A stretch of 64,000 bases of DNA from Candidatus Gastranaerophilales bacterium. Lineage in GTDB: Bacteria; Cyanobacteriota; Vampirovibrionia; Gastranaerophilales; CAJFVJ01. The stretch's first letter is position 1. Each line of letters opens with the position of its first letter. A program made the position numbers and the translations under genes. Of the stretch, positions 55,676 to 64,000 are shown piece by piece. Where the stretch lies: assembly GCA_944323485.1 (NCBI GenBank), contig CALUSR010000001.1:66437-130436 (forward strand), written 5' to 3'. Under the pieces are notes generated by a model that made no database searches, was not told the origin of the DNA, and saw only the letters and a program-made list of their open reading frames with translations.

Positions 55676-56974
55676 TCAAAACAGCTCCTTAACTTTTGAT
55701 ACGTACAACTCCAAAGATTCAGGCTCAACCATCTCCGTAACAGCTACAAGAATATTATTTTCATCCAGTCTGATACCGCCTAAAATACCGCTTCGCTTGA
55801 GATGGGACAAAATTCTCTCTGACATCCCGTTTGTATTCAAAACAAACTCGTTCAAGAAGTCTTTGTATAAAATTCCCAAACCGTCAATTTTCTCAAGGTC
55901 CTCTGCTAGCTGATGAGCTCTTTGAACACTCAACAATTCAACCTCTTTCATACCTTCAAATCCGAGCAAAGACATATAAACAGTTGCAGAAAGAGCCATA
56001 AGAGAGTTATTTGTACATATGTTACTGGTTGCTTTCTCACGTCTTATATGCTGTTCTCTTGCTTGAAGAGTCAAAGTGAAAGCTCGTTTCCCTTCTTTAT
56101 CAACAGTCATCCCGACAATACGCCCGGGCAGCTGTCTTGCATAAGCACTCTTTGCTGCCATAAATCCACCATGTGGACCGCCGCAGCTCATAGCCAACCC
56201 GAGCTGCTGGAAATCACCGACTGCAATATCAACACCATAGCTGCAAGGAGTTTTCAAAACGGACAAGGACATCGGATCAACACATGCAATCAATAAAGCA
56301 GTCCCTTTCCTACCTTCAAGTTCTTCTATATTTTCAATAACCCCGTAATAGTTTGGAATTTGGAGCAAAACAGCGGCATATTCCGATAAATCACCGTCCA
56401 ACAAGGTTTTACCATCAACAACTTTGGCATATTCAATAACAGTACCGGCATCATGGCAGTAGGTTTCAACCACCTTTTTATAATCAGGATTCAACGCATC
56501 CGATACAAGAATTTTTGATTTTTTCTTAATTTTGACCGCCATAGCAACTGCCTCGGCACAAGCTGTTGCACCATCATAAACAGATGCATTTGACACATCC
56601 ATGCCTGTCAGCTCGCAAATCATAGTCTGAAACTCATAAATCATCTGAAGAGTCCCCTGAGAAATCTCAGGCTGATAAGGAGTATAAGCAGTATTAAATT
56701 CAAACCGGCGTGTAATTTCTCCTATCGCAGAAGGAATAAAACGATTATAAACACCGCCGCCCAAAAAACTCACAAAATCAATCTCATTTTTCTTTGAGAG
56801 CTTTTTTAGTTCTTTCTGCGCTTTGAGCTCGCTTATCCCTGATGTCAGCTTGATATCAGAGCGGACTTCTTTGCTTATCAGTGAAAACAGCTCATCTATG
56901 CTCGATAGCCCTATTTCTCCAAGCATAGTTTGTCTTATTTCATCAGTATGTGCCAAAAAATTATTCATCAACAA
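55676..56974 (-). CDS. gcvPA: glycine dehydrogenase (decarboxylating) subunit 1
   Basis: 432 aa. Typical P-protein alpha sequence, located between gcvH and gcvPB. Confidence 0.9.
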   Translation of the reverse strand: MLMNNFLAHTDEIRQTMLGEIGLSSIDELFSLISKEVRSDIKLTSGISELKAQKELKKLSKKNEIDFVSFLGGGVYNRFIPSAIGEITRRFEFNTAYTPYQPEISQGTLQMIYEFQTMICELTGMDVSNASVYDGATACAEAVAMAVKIKKKSKILVSDALNPDYKKVVETYCHDAGTVIEYAKVVDGKTLLDGDLSEYAAVLLQIPNYYGVIENIEELEGRKGTALLIACVDPMSLSVLKTPCSYGVDIAVGDFQQLGLAMSCGGPHGGFMAAKSAYARQLPGRIVGMTVDKEGKRAFTLTLQAREQHIRREKATSNICTNNSLMALSATVYMSLLGFEGMKEVELLSVQRAHQLAEDLEKIDGLGILYKDFLNEFVLNTNGMSERILSHLKRSGILGGIRLDENNILVAVTEMVEPESLELYVSKVKELF

Positions 56975-56976
56975 TC

Positions 56977-57360
56977 CTATTCTTCTACATCTGATATGTA
57001 GTCTTCATATTCCATTGCATCTTCAAGATCGCTCTCAAGAGATGCAGGTTCTACCTTAATTAACCACCCTTCTTCATAACAATCACTATTAATCAATTCG
57101 GGTTCGTTCAGGAGTCTTTCATTAATCTCAACAATTTTCCCTGATACAGGCATATAAACCTCTGAAGCCGCCTTCACTGACTCAATAGTCGCAAAGACTT
57201 CTTTTTTTTCAAGTTCAGTACCAACCTCGGGTAATTCAACAAATACAATATCTCCAAGCTGCTCAACGGCATAATCGGTAATACCTACTAAATAGCTTCC
57301 GTCTTTTTCATAAACATATTCATGAGTTTTTGTACATAAAATTCCTTCGGGTGCTCCCAT
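56977..57360 (-). CDS. gcvH: glycine cleavage system H protein
   Basis: 127 aa. Lipoyl-lysine motif ESVKAAS. Confidence 0.9.
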   Translation of the reverse strand: MGAPEGILCTKTHEYVYEKDGSYLVGITDYAVEQLGDIVFVELPEVGTELEKKEVFATIESVKAASEVYMPVSGKIVEINERLLNEPELINSDCYEEGWLIKVEPASLESDLEDAMEYEDYISDVEE

Positions 57361-57386
57361 TTTTTCCTCCTTATTTATTTTTACCG

Positions 57387-58490
57387 TTATTTTGAATAAA
57401 ACTTATGAACAAAAGGTCTTCGTGATATCTTTGCTTTGAAAAACCGTCCTCTGATTTCTATTTCTACAATATCATCAGTCTTCAGCCCCTTTGATGTGTC
57501 AACATATCCGAGAGCTATCCCCACTCCCAACATCGGGGATATACTTCCGCTTGTAACAATCCCGACTCTTATACCGTTTTTATAAATCAAACAATTATGT
57601 CTCGGGATTGCTCTATCTGTCATTACCAATCCGACAAGTTTTCTTGCCACACCGTTTTTCAACTGGGATAAAATTACATCACGACCGTTGTAGTCAGCTG
57701 TCTTTCCCTCGGGGACAGACCATCCTAGAGATGCTTCAATCGGCGTTGTTTGTTTATTCATATCCTGACCGTAGAGCAAAAGAGCGGCCTCAAGACGAAG
57801 AGTATCTCTAGCCCCGAGTCCGACAGGAGTAATCGAAAATTCTTTTCCTATCTCCATAAGATATTTCCACAGATGAGAAATATCCTCGTTCTTCGCAAGA
57901 ATCTCAAATCCGTCTTCTCCTGTATAACCGGTACGGGATAAAAACACATCGCAGCCGTCTATTTTTGTTTTAATGATTGAAAAAAACTTTGGCTGCATAT
58001 GTTTGAATATGCCTGATTTTTCAACGACATCCGATGACTTTGGTCCCTGCAGGGCAATCATTGAATACTCTTCAGACTTATTTTCAACTCTGACATCATA
58101 CCCCTGAGCATTTTTCTCTATCCATGCAAAATCATTATCTATGCAGGCAGCATTTATTATAAGCAAAAACTTTTCTTCTTCAAGTCTGTAGATTATCAAA
58201 TCATCAATAATTCCGCCCTGTTCATCAGTCATCTGACAATACACGGCATGACCTTCATGCAGTTTTGAAATGTCCTGAGGAACAAGATGCTGCAAAAAGA
58301 ATACCGCCTCTTCTCCTTCTGCAAAAACTTCTCCCATATGAGAAACATCAAACAAACCGCAGTTTTCTCTTACAGCTTTGTGTTCTGCAACAATTCCGTC
58401 AGGATACTGTATAGGCATTTCCCATCCGCAAAAATCAACCATTTTCGCATTGAGTTTCAAATGTTCATCGTATAGAAAAGTTCTTTTCAA
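57387..58490 (-). CDS. gcvT: glycine cleavage system aminomethyltransferase
   Basis: 367 aa. GWEMPIQY, FDVSHMG and TGYTGEDGFEI motifs. Confidence 0.9.
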   Translation of the reverse strand: MKRTFLYDEHLKLNAKMVDFCGWEMPIQYPDGIVAEHKAVRENCGLFDVSHMGEVFAEGEEAVFFLQHLVPQDISKLHEGHAVYCQMTDEQGGIIDDLIIYRLEEEKFLLIINAACIDNDFAWIEKNAQGYDVRVENKSEEYSMIALQGPKSSDVVEKSGIFKHMQPKFFSIIKTKIDGCDVFLSRTGYTGEDGFEILAKNEDISHLWKYLMEIGKEFSITPVGLGARDTLRLEAALLLYGQDMNKQTTPIEASLGWSVPEGKTADYNGRDVILSQLKNGVARKLVGLVMTDRAIPRHNCLIYKNGIRVGIVTSGSISPMLGVGIALGYVDTSKGLKTDDIVEIEIRGRFFKAKISRRPFVHKFYSK

Positions 58491-58652
58491 AAATAACCTC
58501 CTGCATTCCTCATCTATTGATTTTGATGTTAATTAAAGCTTTTGTCAAGAAAATTTTACATAGAGAATTTACACCAAAAAATAATTACTGAAAGTGATTG
58601 AGCAATTTTTCAATTCTTAAATATATAATAATTTTTAATAAGAGGAGATACC

Positions 58653-59915
58653 ATGAAACTGAATAATAAAAATGCATCCGATTTGCTGCAAAAAGATAAA
58701 ATAAAATCAAACAATGCAGCAAAAAATATTATAAACAACAAAGACCTCGACGCATGGAAGTGTCTTGTTGAAAATTCCGAATATATTTTTGATTTCATAA
58801 AAGACGCAGCCTGTGAAAAATTACTCAACGCCTGCACTAAAGACAATATCAACAATCTTTTTGATTTTATGCAATATTATGACATGGGTTTTGATGATTT
58901 TATTGCAGCAGCATTTGAAAAATTTCAGAATGAAGAAATCAACAAAAAATTTCTCTCTCTCCTTAAAGACGGCTCAGAAAGCGAAAAATGCTATGCTGCA
59001 AAATATTTTTGTTATGTTCAAAATCAAAATGCGCAAAAACTCCTGTTTGAAAATTCAAAATCAACAAACGATGCCCTATCACAGAATTGCGCACTCGCTC
59101 TTGCCTCCATGAAAGATATGGAAGCATTTGAATTTTATAAAAATCAGCTTAAATCAGATGATGACTGGCAAAAAGTTCAAGCTGTACAATTCCTGTCTTT
59201 TTATCAAGACAAAAACATTCTTCCTGATATGTTTAGAGCGATGAAAAACTCCTCAATGAAAGAACATATAGCAGGAGAAATAGCATTATCTACAGATATT
59301 TCCGAATACTTTAACAGCCCTGATAGCGAACTTAAAGAGCTATCGTTAGAATGTTTTGACTACATAATCTCTTCATTGTCTGAAATATGGCCGCTCAGCA
59401 CTATTATTGATTTCAAAATTTCAAAATGCCTGAACATAATCTTTGATTTATCAAAAAAACAAAACGACCCCTTCAAAGGCAAATACAGTGAAATACTCTT
59501 GAAATCACGAAGTATGTTTAATTTATTCAACGAATTTGATGAATACAAATTTGATGAAGATAAAAAAACTCTCCAAGAATTGACTAAAATATGCTCATTC
59601 CTGAACTCTTTGAGTAATGATTTTTGGGAAGCACAGATAGATGACCTGCTGGATGAGCTAACTTCAGAAAACAAAGCAAGAAAATCATCAGCTATCAATC
59701 TCATATCATATCTCGAGCTGAATATCGCAAGTCAATATTTGCTTGAAGTCCTCGACAGCGAAGAAAATGAGCAGATGATTTGCGAAATAGTCATGGCTTT
59801 ATCAAAGCTGAATTGCATCCCGCAGATTAAAAATAAAAAAGAGATTACGGAGAAAATAAAACACAACGAAAACATAAAAGCCATTGTCGAAAGCTTATTT
59901 GCAAATCATTATTAA
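58653..59915 (+). CDS. hypothetical all-helical repeat protein (possibly HEAT-like)
   Basis: 420-aa ORF with a GAGGAG SD. Repetitive helical composition only. Confidence 0.35.
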   Translation: MKLNNKNASDLLQKDKIKSNNAAKNIINNKDLDAWKCLVENSEYIFDFIKDAACEKLLNACTKDNINNLFDFMQYYDMGFDDFIAAAFEKFQNEEINKKFLSLLKDGSESEKCYAAKYFCYVQNQNAQKLLFENSKSTNDALSQNCALALASMKDMEAFEFYKNQLKSDDDWQKVQAVQFLSFYQDKNILPDMFRAMKNSSMKEHIAGEIALSTDISEYFNSPDSELKELSLECFDYIISSLSEIWPLSTIIDFKISKCLNIIFDLSKKQNDPFKGKYSEILLKSRSMFNLFNEFDEYKFDEDKKTLQELTKICSFLNSLSNDFWEAQIDDLLDELTSENKARKSSAINLISYLELNIASQYLLEVLDSEENEQMICEIVMALSKLNCIPQIKNKKEITEKIKHNENIKAIVESLFANHY

Positions 59916-60009
59916 GCTATACCCGCTTATATTAACCAACTGAGGGATAACTATCTTTTTTTTATTTTTATAATACAATAGAAGGATGAACTAAATAGAG
60001 GAGCCCCAT

Positions 60010-60393
60010 ATGAATAAGAAACTTATGAGCCACTCGATATGTTTGACACTGATGGTTTTACTATTAAACGCACCTGCCTCTTTCGGTGCCGAAACAAAAA
60101 TTCAACCCCACACAGGGTATGCAACATGGTACGCTGATTACTTTCATGGAAGAAGAACCGCCAACGGAGAAATATATCACAAAGATAAATTTACGGCAGC
60201 TCATAGAACGCTTCCTTTCGGAACCATGGTCAAAGTGACAAACCTCGATAACAATAAATCATGTATTGTAAAAATTAACGACCGCTGCGGAAATAATCCG
60301 AAAATGACAATAGACCTGTCAAAAGCGGCTGCTGCAGAAATAGGAATGATTTCGGCAGGCATACAAAAAGTTCGCCTCGAAATCATCGAATAA
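60010..60393 (+). CDS. RlpA-like double-psi beta-barrel (DPBB) lipoprotein/secreted protein
   Basis: Signal peptide, then GYATWYADYFHGRRTANGEIY...AAHRTLPFGTMVKVTN. Confidence 0.8.
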   Translation: MNKKLMSHSICLTLMVLLLNAPASFGAETKIQPHTGYATWYADYFHGRRTANGEIYHKDKFTAAHRTLPFGTMVKVTNLDNNKSCIVKINDRCGNNPKMTIDLSKAAAAEIGMISAGIQKVRLEIIE

Positions 60394-60474
60394 ATTAAAA
60401 CCATCAATTTGTAGGATTAAATAACATAAAATATACGTTATCCTGAAAAAGAGTAGGGGAGAACGAGGTATTTT

Positions 60475-60927
60475 ATGTTACCGACAGCAGCAGTTGAAAA
60501 AGAACACAACAGTTTTACAGCAGCAAAATTGTTTTCACAGGACAGTGATAACAACCAGAAAATTTCCAAAAAAGAACTCAGAGATTATATCTTTGACCTG
60601 AAAATCAACAATCAGGAAGTTCCTGAATTTCTCCAAAAATTGCAGGAACGTTTTGATGACCTCGACAAGGACAATGATAAAGAGCTTTCAATATCAGAAG
60701 TCGACTCACTCAAAAACAACAGAGGAATGTGGACTATATCTGAAACAACTGTCATTCATTCACCTGCATCGTCTGCAAATACAGCAGTAAACTCGTCTGC
60801 TTCTTCGAATAACTCAAATAAATTTTCTGACTTATTAAAAGACGGTGCCGAAGAAGCTGCAAAATATGCCTTCGAGAAACTGAAAGACAAAGTTGACATC
60901 AAAGAACTTATCAGTAAAGTATTTTAA
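60475..60927 (+). CDS. EF-hand calcium-binding domain protein
   Basis: Two canonical loops: DSDNNQKISKKE and DKDNDKELSISE. Confidence 0.6.
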   Translation: MLPTAAVEKEHNSFTAAKLFSQDSDNNQKISKKELRDYIFDLKINNQEVPEFLQKLQERFDDLDKDNDKELSISEVDSLKNNRGMWTISETTVIHSPASSANTAVNSSASSNNSNKFSDLLKDGAEEAAKYAFEKLKDKVDIKELISKVF

Positions 60928-61874
60928 CAAGCTAACTCAATAGCAAGCTTAATTGCGGCTGTCATGCTTGAACAGTCTGCAATCCCCTTTCCTGCTATAT
61001 CAAAAGCCGTCCCATGAGCCGGCGACGTTCTGATAACAGATAAACCTATTGTCGTATTCACAGTGTTCCCGACATCGATAGTCTTTACAGCACACAAACC
61101 CTGGTCATGAAAGCACGAAACATAACAATCATAAGGCTGAGTTCCTTCTTTGAAGGCTTTTGCCGCCTTTGAAAAAAGCATATCAGCCGGATACGGCCCG
61201 CTGATATTTATACCGTCAGTTTGCAGCTTCTCTACAGCAGGAATAAGAACATTTATCTCCTCATCACCTATCAACCCGCCTTCTCCCGCATGAGGATTCA
61301 GTGCACATAAAGCGATATTAGGATTGTTTATTCTGAAGTGTTTTTTCAGCTGGGAAGATAGCTCGTTTATTTTTGAAACAACAAAATCAAACGTAATCAA
61401 AGACGGCACTTTTGAAACAGGAACATGCCTTGTCAAAAGAAGTACACGAAAATCTTTTGATACAAAAAGCATCTCCGCTTTTTCTCCGTTTCTCGAAAGA
61501 AAATGTTCTAAAATTTCCGTCTGACCGGAAAAATGATGCCCTGCCAGATTAATTGATTCTTTAGATACAGGAGCTGTCACAATTGCCGAAATTTCAGACT
61601 TATTTGCCATATCACATGCCAGCTCAAGCGAGCGAAAAGACACTTCACCCGAAACTTTCGTAATCTTACCCGTTTCAAAATTATGAACCTCAGGCATTAT
61701 TTCAACAAACTCAATTTCCTTAGGAAAGCTAATCCCGTTTGCAAGGACAGACGCCTTATTACCGATAAGAATAAATTTATCAGGGTCAAATTTGTTATTC
61801 AAAAAAGATTTCAAAACTATCTCAGGACCTATAGACGAGGGGTCTCCAAGTGTTATTGCAATTTTCTTTTTCAT
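60924..61874 (-). CDS. pdxA: PdxA-family 4-hydroxythreonine-4-phosphate/4-phospho-tetronate dehydrogenase
   Basis: ITLGDPSSIGPEI, NPHAGE and SPAHGTAFDIAG motifs. Coupled to a DUF1537 kinase, which suggests the PdxA2 type. Confidence 0.8.
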   Translation of the reverse strand: MKKKIAITLGDPSSIGPEIVLKSFLNNKFDPDKFILIGNKASVLANGISFPKEIEFVEIMPEVHNFETGKITKVSGEVSFRSLELACDMANKSEISAIVTAPVSKESINLAGHHFSGQTEILEHFLSRNGEKAEMLFVSKDFRVLLLTRHVPVSKVPSLITFDFVVSKINELSSQLKKHFRINNPNIALCALNPHAGEGGLIGDEEINVLIPAVEKLQTDGINISGPYPADMLFSKAAKAFKEGTQPYDCYVSCFHDQGLCAVKTIDVGNTVNTTIGLSVIRTSPAHGTAFDIAGKGIADCSSMTAAIKLAIELAC

Positions 61875-63163
61875 TATTTATGTTGTTCCAAATATTTTAC
61901 AATATTAATTAATGTCTTCGGGGTTCCAAGATTTCCTGATTTTGTGATAACCCACTGCGAATTATAATCCAAACACAGAGGTATCGCCGGTTCAACCTCA
62001 TCAATCAGCTGCAAATTTTTGCTATTAAGCGCATGACAGCATTTATAAGATGTTTCACCTCCGACACTCACAAGAATCAACTCCTGCAGGTCAACTATCT
62101 TCTTCGTAAGTCTGCCTAAAAAATCGGTTATTATCGAAGACAACTCCGTTTTTGTAATATTATGGTTCTCCAAAAATTCATCACTGCACTCAAAATCTTC
62201 AATCTGAACAACAGATACACCGACTCTTTTCAGACTGTCAGCTATCCTTTGAGCATAATCCTGATCAGGCTCTGAAAATACTTTTTCAACAGGAACTTTC
62301 ACAAAATAAGCATCAACCTCTTCTTCTTCTTCAAGCCGAATAAGCTGATTTTTTGTAATATCCGTTGCACTGCCTGACACTATCAAAACAGGTAAATCTG
62401 CTATAACTTTTTTTATGTGATGATAATTCACATCAGCAAGCCAGATACCTGCAAAAGCCTGTGCCAAACCTGCTGAACCGCATGGAAGAACTTTATAAGT
62501 ACATTTTTTCACGGCAAGAGCTATCTGCTCCAAGTCAGTCTTTGAGAGAGCGTCTATAACAATGAGTTTCTTGCCTTGTTGTATCAAACTCTGCAATTCA
62601 ACAAGAATAGGTCCGGCGCCTTTTGTTACCGTACTGAACTGAATCAAATCAATATCATCATAATTCTCTTCTTTTACCTGCTGGCGCAGCAACGTTGGAA
62701 TATGCGATTCAAAAATAGGATTCTGTGGATCTCGGGCAAACTCGGTACGTTCAACAGGTACACCTTTAAGCATTTGATATCCGCCTATTGTTGTTCTGTT
62801 TTCGGCAGGAAATGCAGGAACAATAACCGCCGCATCATAATCAAGAGCTTTCATTGTTGCCCAACACTCATGGGCTATATTTCCACGAAGAGTCGAGTCT
62901 ATTTTTTTGTAAACATGCTCAAAGTTAAAGTTGAATAAAAGTCCTTGAGTAATTTCATAAACTTTTCTTGCCGCATAATCAGGATCTTCATTTCTTGTTT
63001 CAGTGCTGATTGCCCAGGCTTGTGTATAAGACTTACCCTCAGGTACTGCCTGATAATCAAACAAAATCTGCGTATTACACCCTCTCATCATAAATTGAAG
63101 AGCAGTATCATTCGCTCCCGTCAAATCATCCGCAATAATTGCTATATTATTAGTCAAAAGCAT
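61874..63163 (-). CDS. four-carbon acid sugar kinase (DUF1537; OtnK/DtnK-like)
   Basis: N-terminal IIADDLTGANDTALQF. Its stop overlaps the pdxA start. Confidence 0.75.
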   Translation of the reverse strand: MLLTNNIAIIADDLTGANDTALQFMMRGCNTQILFDYQAVPEGKSYTQAWAISTETRNEDPDYAARKVYEITQGLLFNFNFEHVYKKIDSTLRGNIAHECWATMKALDYDAAVIVPAFPAENRTTIGGYQMLKGVPVERTEFARDPQNPIFESHIPTLLRQQVKEENYDDIDLIQFSTVTKGAGPILVELQSLIQQGKKLIVIDALSKTDLEQIALAVKKCTYKVLPCGSAGLAQAFAGIWLADVNYHHIKKVIADLPVLIVSGSATDITKNQLIRLEEEEEVDAYFVKVPVEKVFSEPDQDYAQRIADSLKRVGVSVVQIEDFECSDEFLENHNITKTELSSIITDFLGRLTKKIVDLQELILVSVGGETSYKCCHALNSKNLQLIDEVEPAIPLCLDYNSQWVITKSGNLGTPKTLINIVKYLEQHK

Positions 63164-63175
63164 AAAACGACTTCT

Positions 63176-63502
63176 TTATTCCTGATCTCTTTTCCCGCCT
63201 AACAACTTCAAGTTGTTTGCAATAATCACAAATCTCTCACGCTGGGTACCGTCCTGTGCGGTCCATTTATTTATTGATAAACGTCCGTCGATAGCGACAA
63301 GGCGGCCTTTTTTGACATATTCGCCTGCTATCTCAGCTGACTTATCCCACAGCTCGATATTGAACCAATCAGTAAACTCACCGTTCTTTGACCATCTGTT
63401 CACTGCTATTGAAAAAGTTGTTTTGACTTTTCCTGATTCAAAATATCTCATATCAGGATCCTGTCCGACTCTTCCCACTACAACAACCGAATTTATCATC
63501 AT
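63176..63502 (-). CDS. ssb: single-stranded DNA-binding protein, short form without an acidic tip
   Basis: 108 aa. OB-fold pattern VVVVGRVGQDPDMRY...TDWFNIELWDKSAEIA...GRLVAIDGRL. It ends ...LLGGKRDQE. Confidence 0.75.
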   Translation of the reverse strand: MMINSVVVVGRVGQDPDMRYFESGKVKTTFSIAVNRWSKNGEFTDWFNIELWDKSAEIAGEYVKKGRLVAIDGRLSINKWTAQDGTQRERFVIIANNLKLLGGKRDQE

Positions 63503-63582
63503 TGTTCCTCTTTATAACATCAATTTAATAAATAAATTATACACAAAATAATCAAACTTATTCAATATGATGTAACAAAGAA

Positions 63583-64000
63583 CTAATTAAATAACATCCT
63601 CAAAACCCTGTCAAAAAAACTCCCGTTTTCTGAAACTTCTTCCTCAAAAACTCTATCCATCTCTTCTTTTGCTTCCTCATTCAAAGGATTATATTCAAGA
63701 ACCTTCAAATATTCATCATAAGACTGACCGTACCTTCCCATCTTGTGGTATAATCTCGCTATTTTATGATGAACCTCAGACTTTTGAACATCATCATCAA
63801 GCAGCTTCAATACACTTCTCAGAGCATCAATTGCATAAGAATTATTATTCTCAAGCACGCAGATTCTCGATTTCAAAAAATAATAGTTGATTTTATCCGT
63901 ATCATAATAAATATCAGCAAGCTCGCTTAATGCAGGCAAATTATCTTTATCAATTTTCAGGACTCTGTCATAATAGTCTATTGCCTCATCAGTTTTATCA
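63583..64000 (-). CDS. TPR-repeat protein, C-terminal part (N-terminus beyond the right edge)
   Basis: The frame stays open upstream of the listed start (..DEAIDYYDRVLKIDKDNLPALSELADIYY..). TPR-like A..Y..AL...P repeats. Confidence 0.6.
   Translation of the reverse strand, partial: DKTDEAIDYYDRVLKIDKDNLPALSELADIYYDTDKINYYFLKSRICVLENNNSYAIDALRSVLKLLDDDVQKSEVHHKIARLYHKMGRYGQSYDEYLKVLEYNPLNEEAKEEMDRVFEEEVSENGSFFDRVLRMLFN

Noticed and set aside
58491-58652. An expected glycine riboswitch upstream of gcvT
   Set aside because: The 160-bp gap is shared with a divergent gene. Read on the minus strand, it contains only a plausible TTGACA-17-CAAAAT promoter. None of the conserved glycine-aptamer elements (GGAGAG...CACCG...GGGGCAA-type) are visible.
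1-64000. CRISPR arrays or cas genes
   Set aside because: Reading the intergenic regions, I saw no regularly spaced direct repeats of 25-40 bp. The HNH-motif protein (40741..42621) has no RuvC-like segments and no adjacent array.

Overview
AT-rich bacterial chromosomal segment. Core genes include rpsB-tsf, dnaB, acpS, fba, flagellin, nadD, ispF, gcvT-H-PA-PB, ssb, copA and galE. The diderm-type envelope genes, the flagellin and a short 214-aa EF-Ts would fit an uncultured Melainabacteria-like lineage, but that is only a guess. Three accessory regions stand out.

(1) 5.2-12.2 kb: a chaperone-usher-like pilus locus. It has paralogous secreted subunits, a PapD-like chaperone and a 918-aa usher-like outer-membrane protein. 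Two radical SAM paralogues and a CgeB-like glycosyltransferase lie co-directionally downstream, and one radical SAM gene carries a G10 homopolymer.

(2) 19.3-36.8 kb: an MmeI-family type IIL restriction-modification gene is split 44 codons before its end by a 14.7-kb insertion (21995-36686) flanked by a 6-bp duplication (ATCAAG). The insert has a Mu/Tn552/Tn7-like module: a DDE transposase, an AAA+ ATPase, a small DNA-binding protein and a divergent repressor. Its cargo is a 7-gene co-directional block:
- a Panacea/YwgA-like protein
- a 3-TM protein
- a small PD-(D/E)xK nuclease
- a 461-aa protein with TGT/DpdA-like motifs
- two m5C methyltransferases flanking a restriction endonuclease

The insert also carries a convergent 559-aa protein with an HhH-GPD/FeS-loop glycosylase-like domain and a MazG-like pyrophosphatase. 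The first four genes are my best candidate for an undescribed defence or DNA-modification system.

(3) 36.9-38.4 kb: stand-alone tRNA-Ile and tRNA-Ala genes are separated by a 1.4-kb islet. It encodes an ADP-ribosyltransferase-like protein and an HTH regulator, with two long perfect palindromic operators.

No rRNA genes or CRISPR arrays were seen. All functional calls come from motif recognition by eye, not from database searches.
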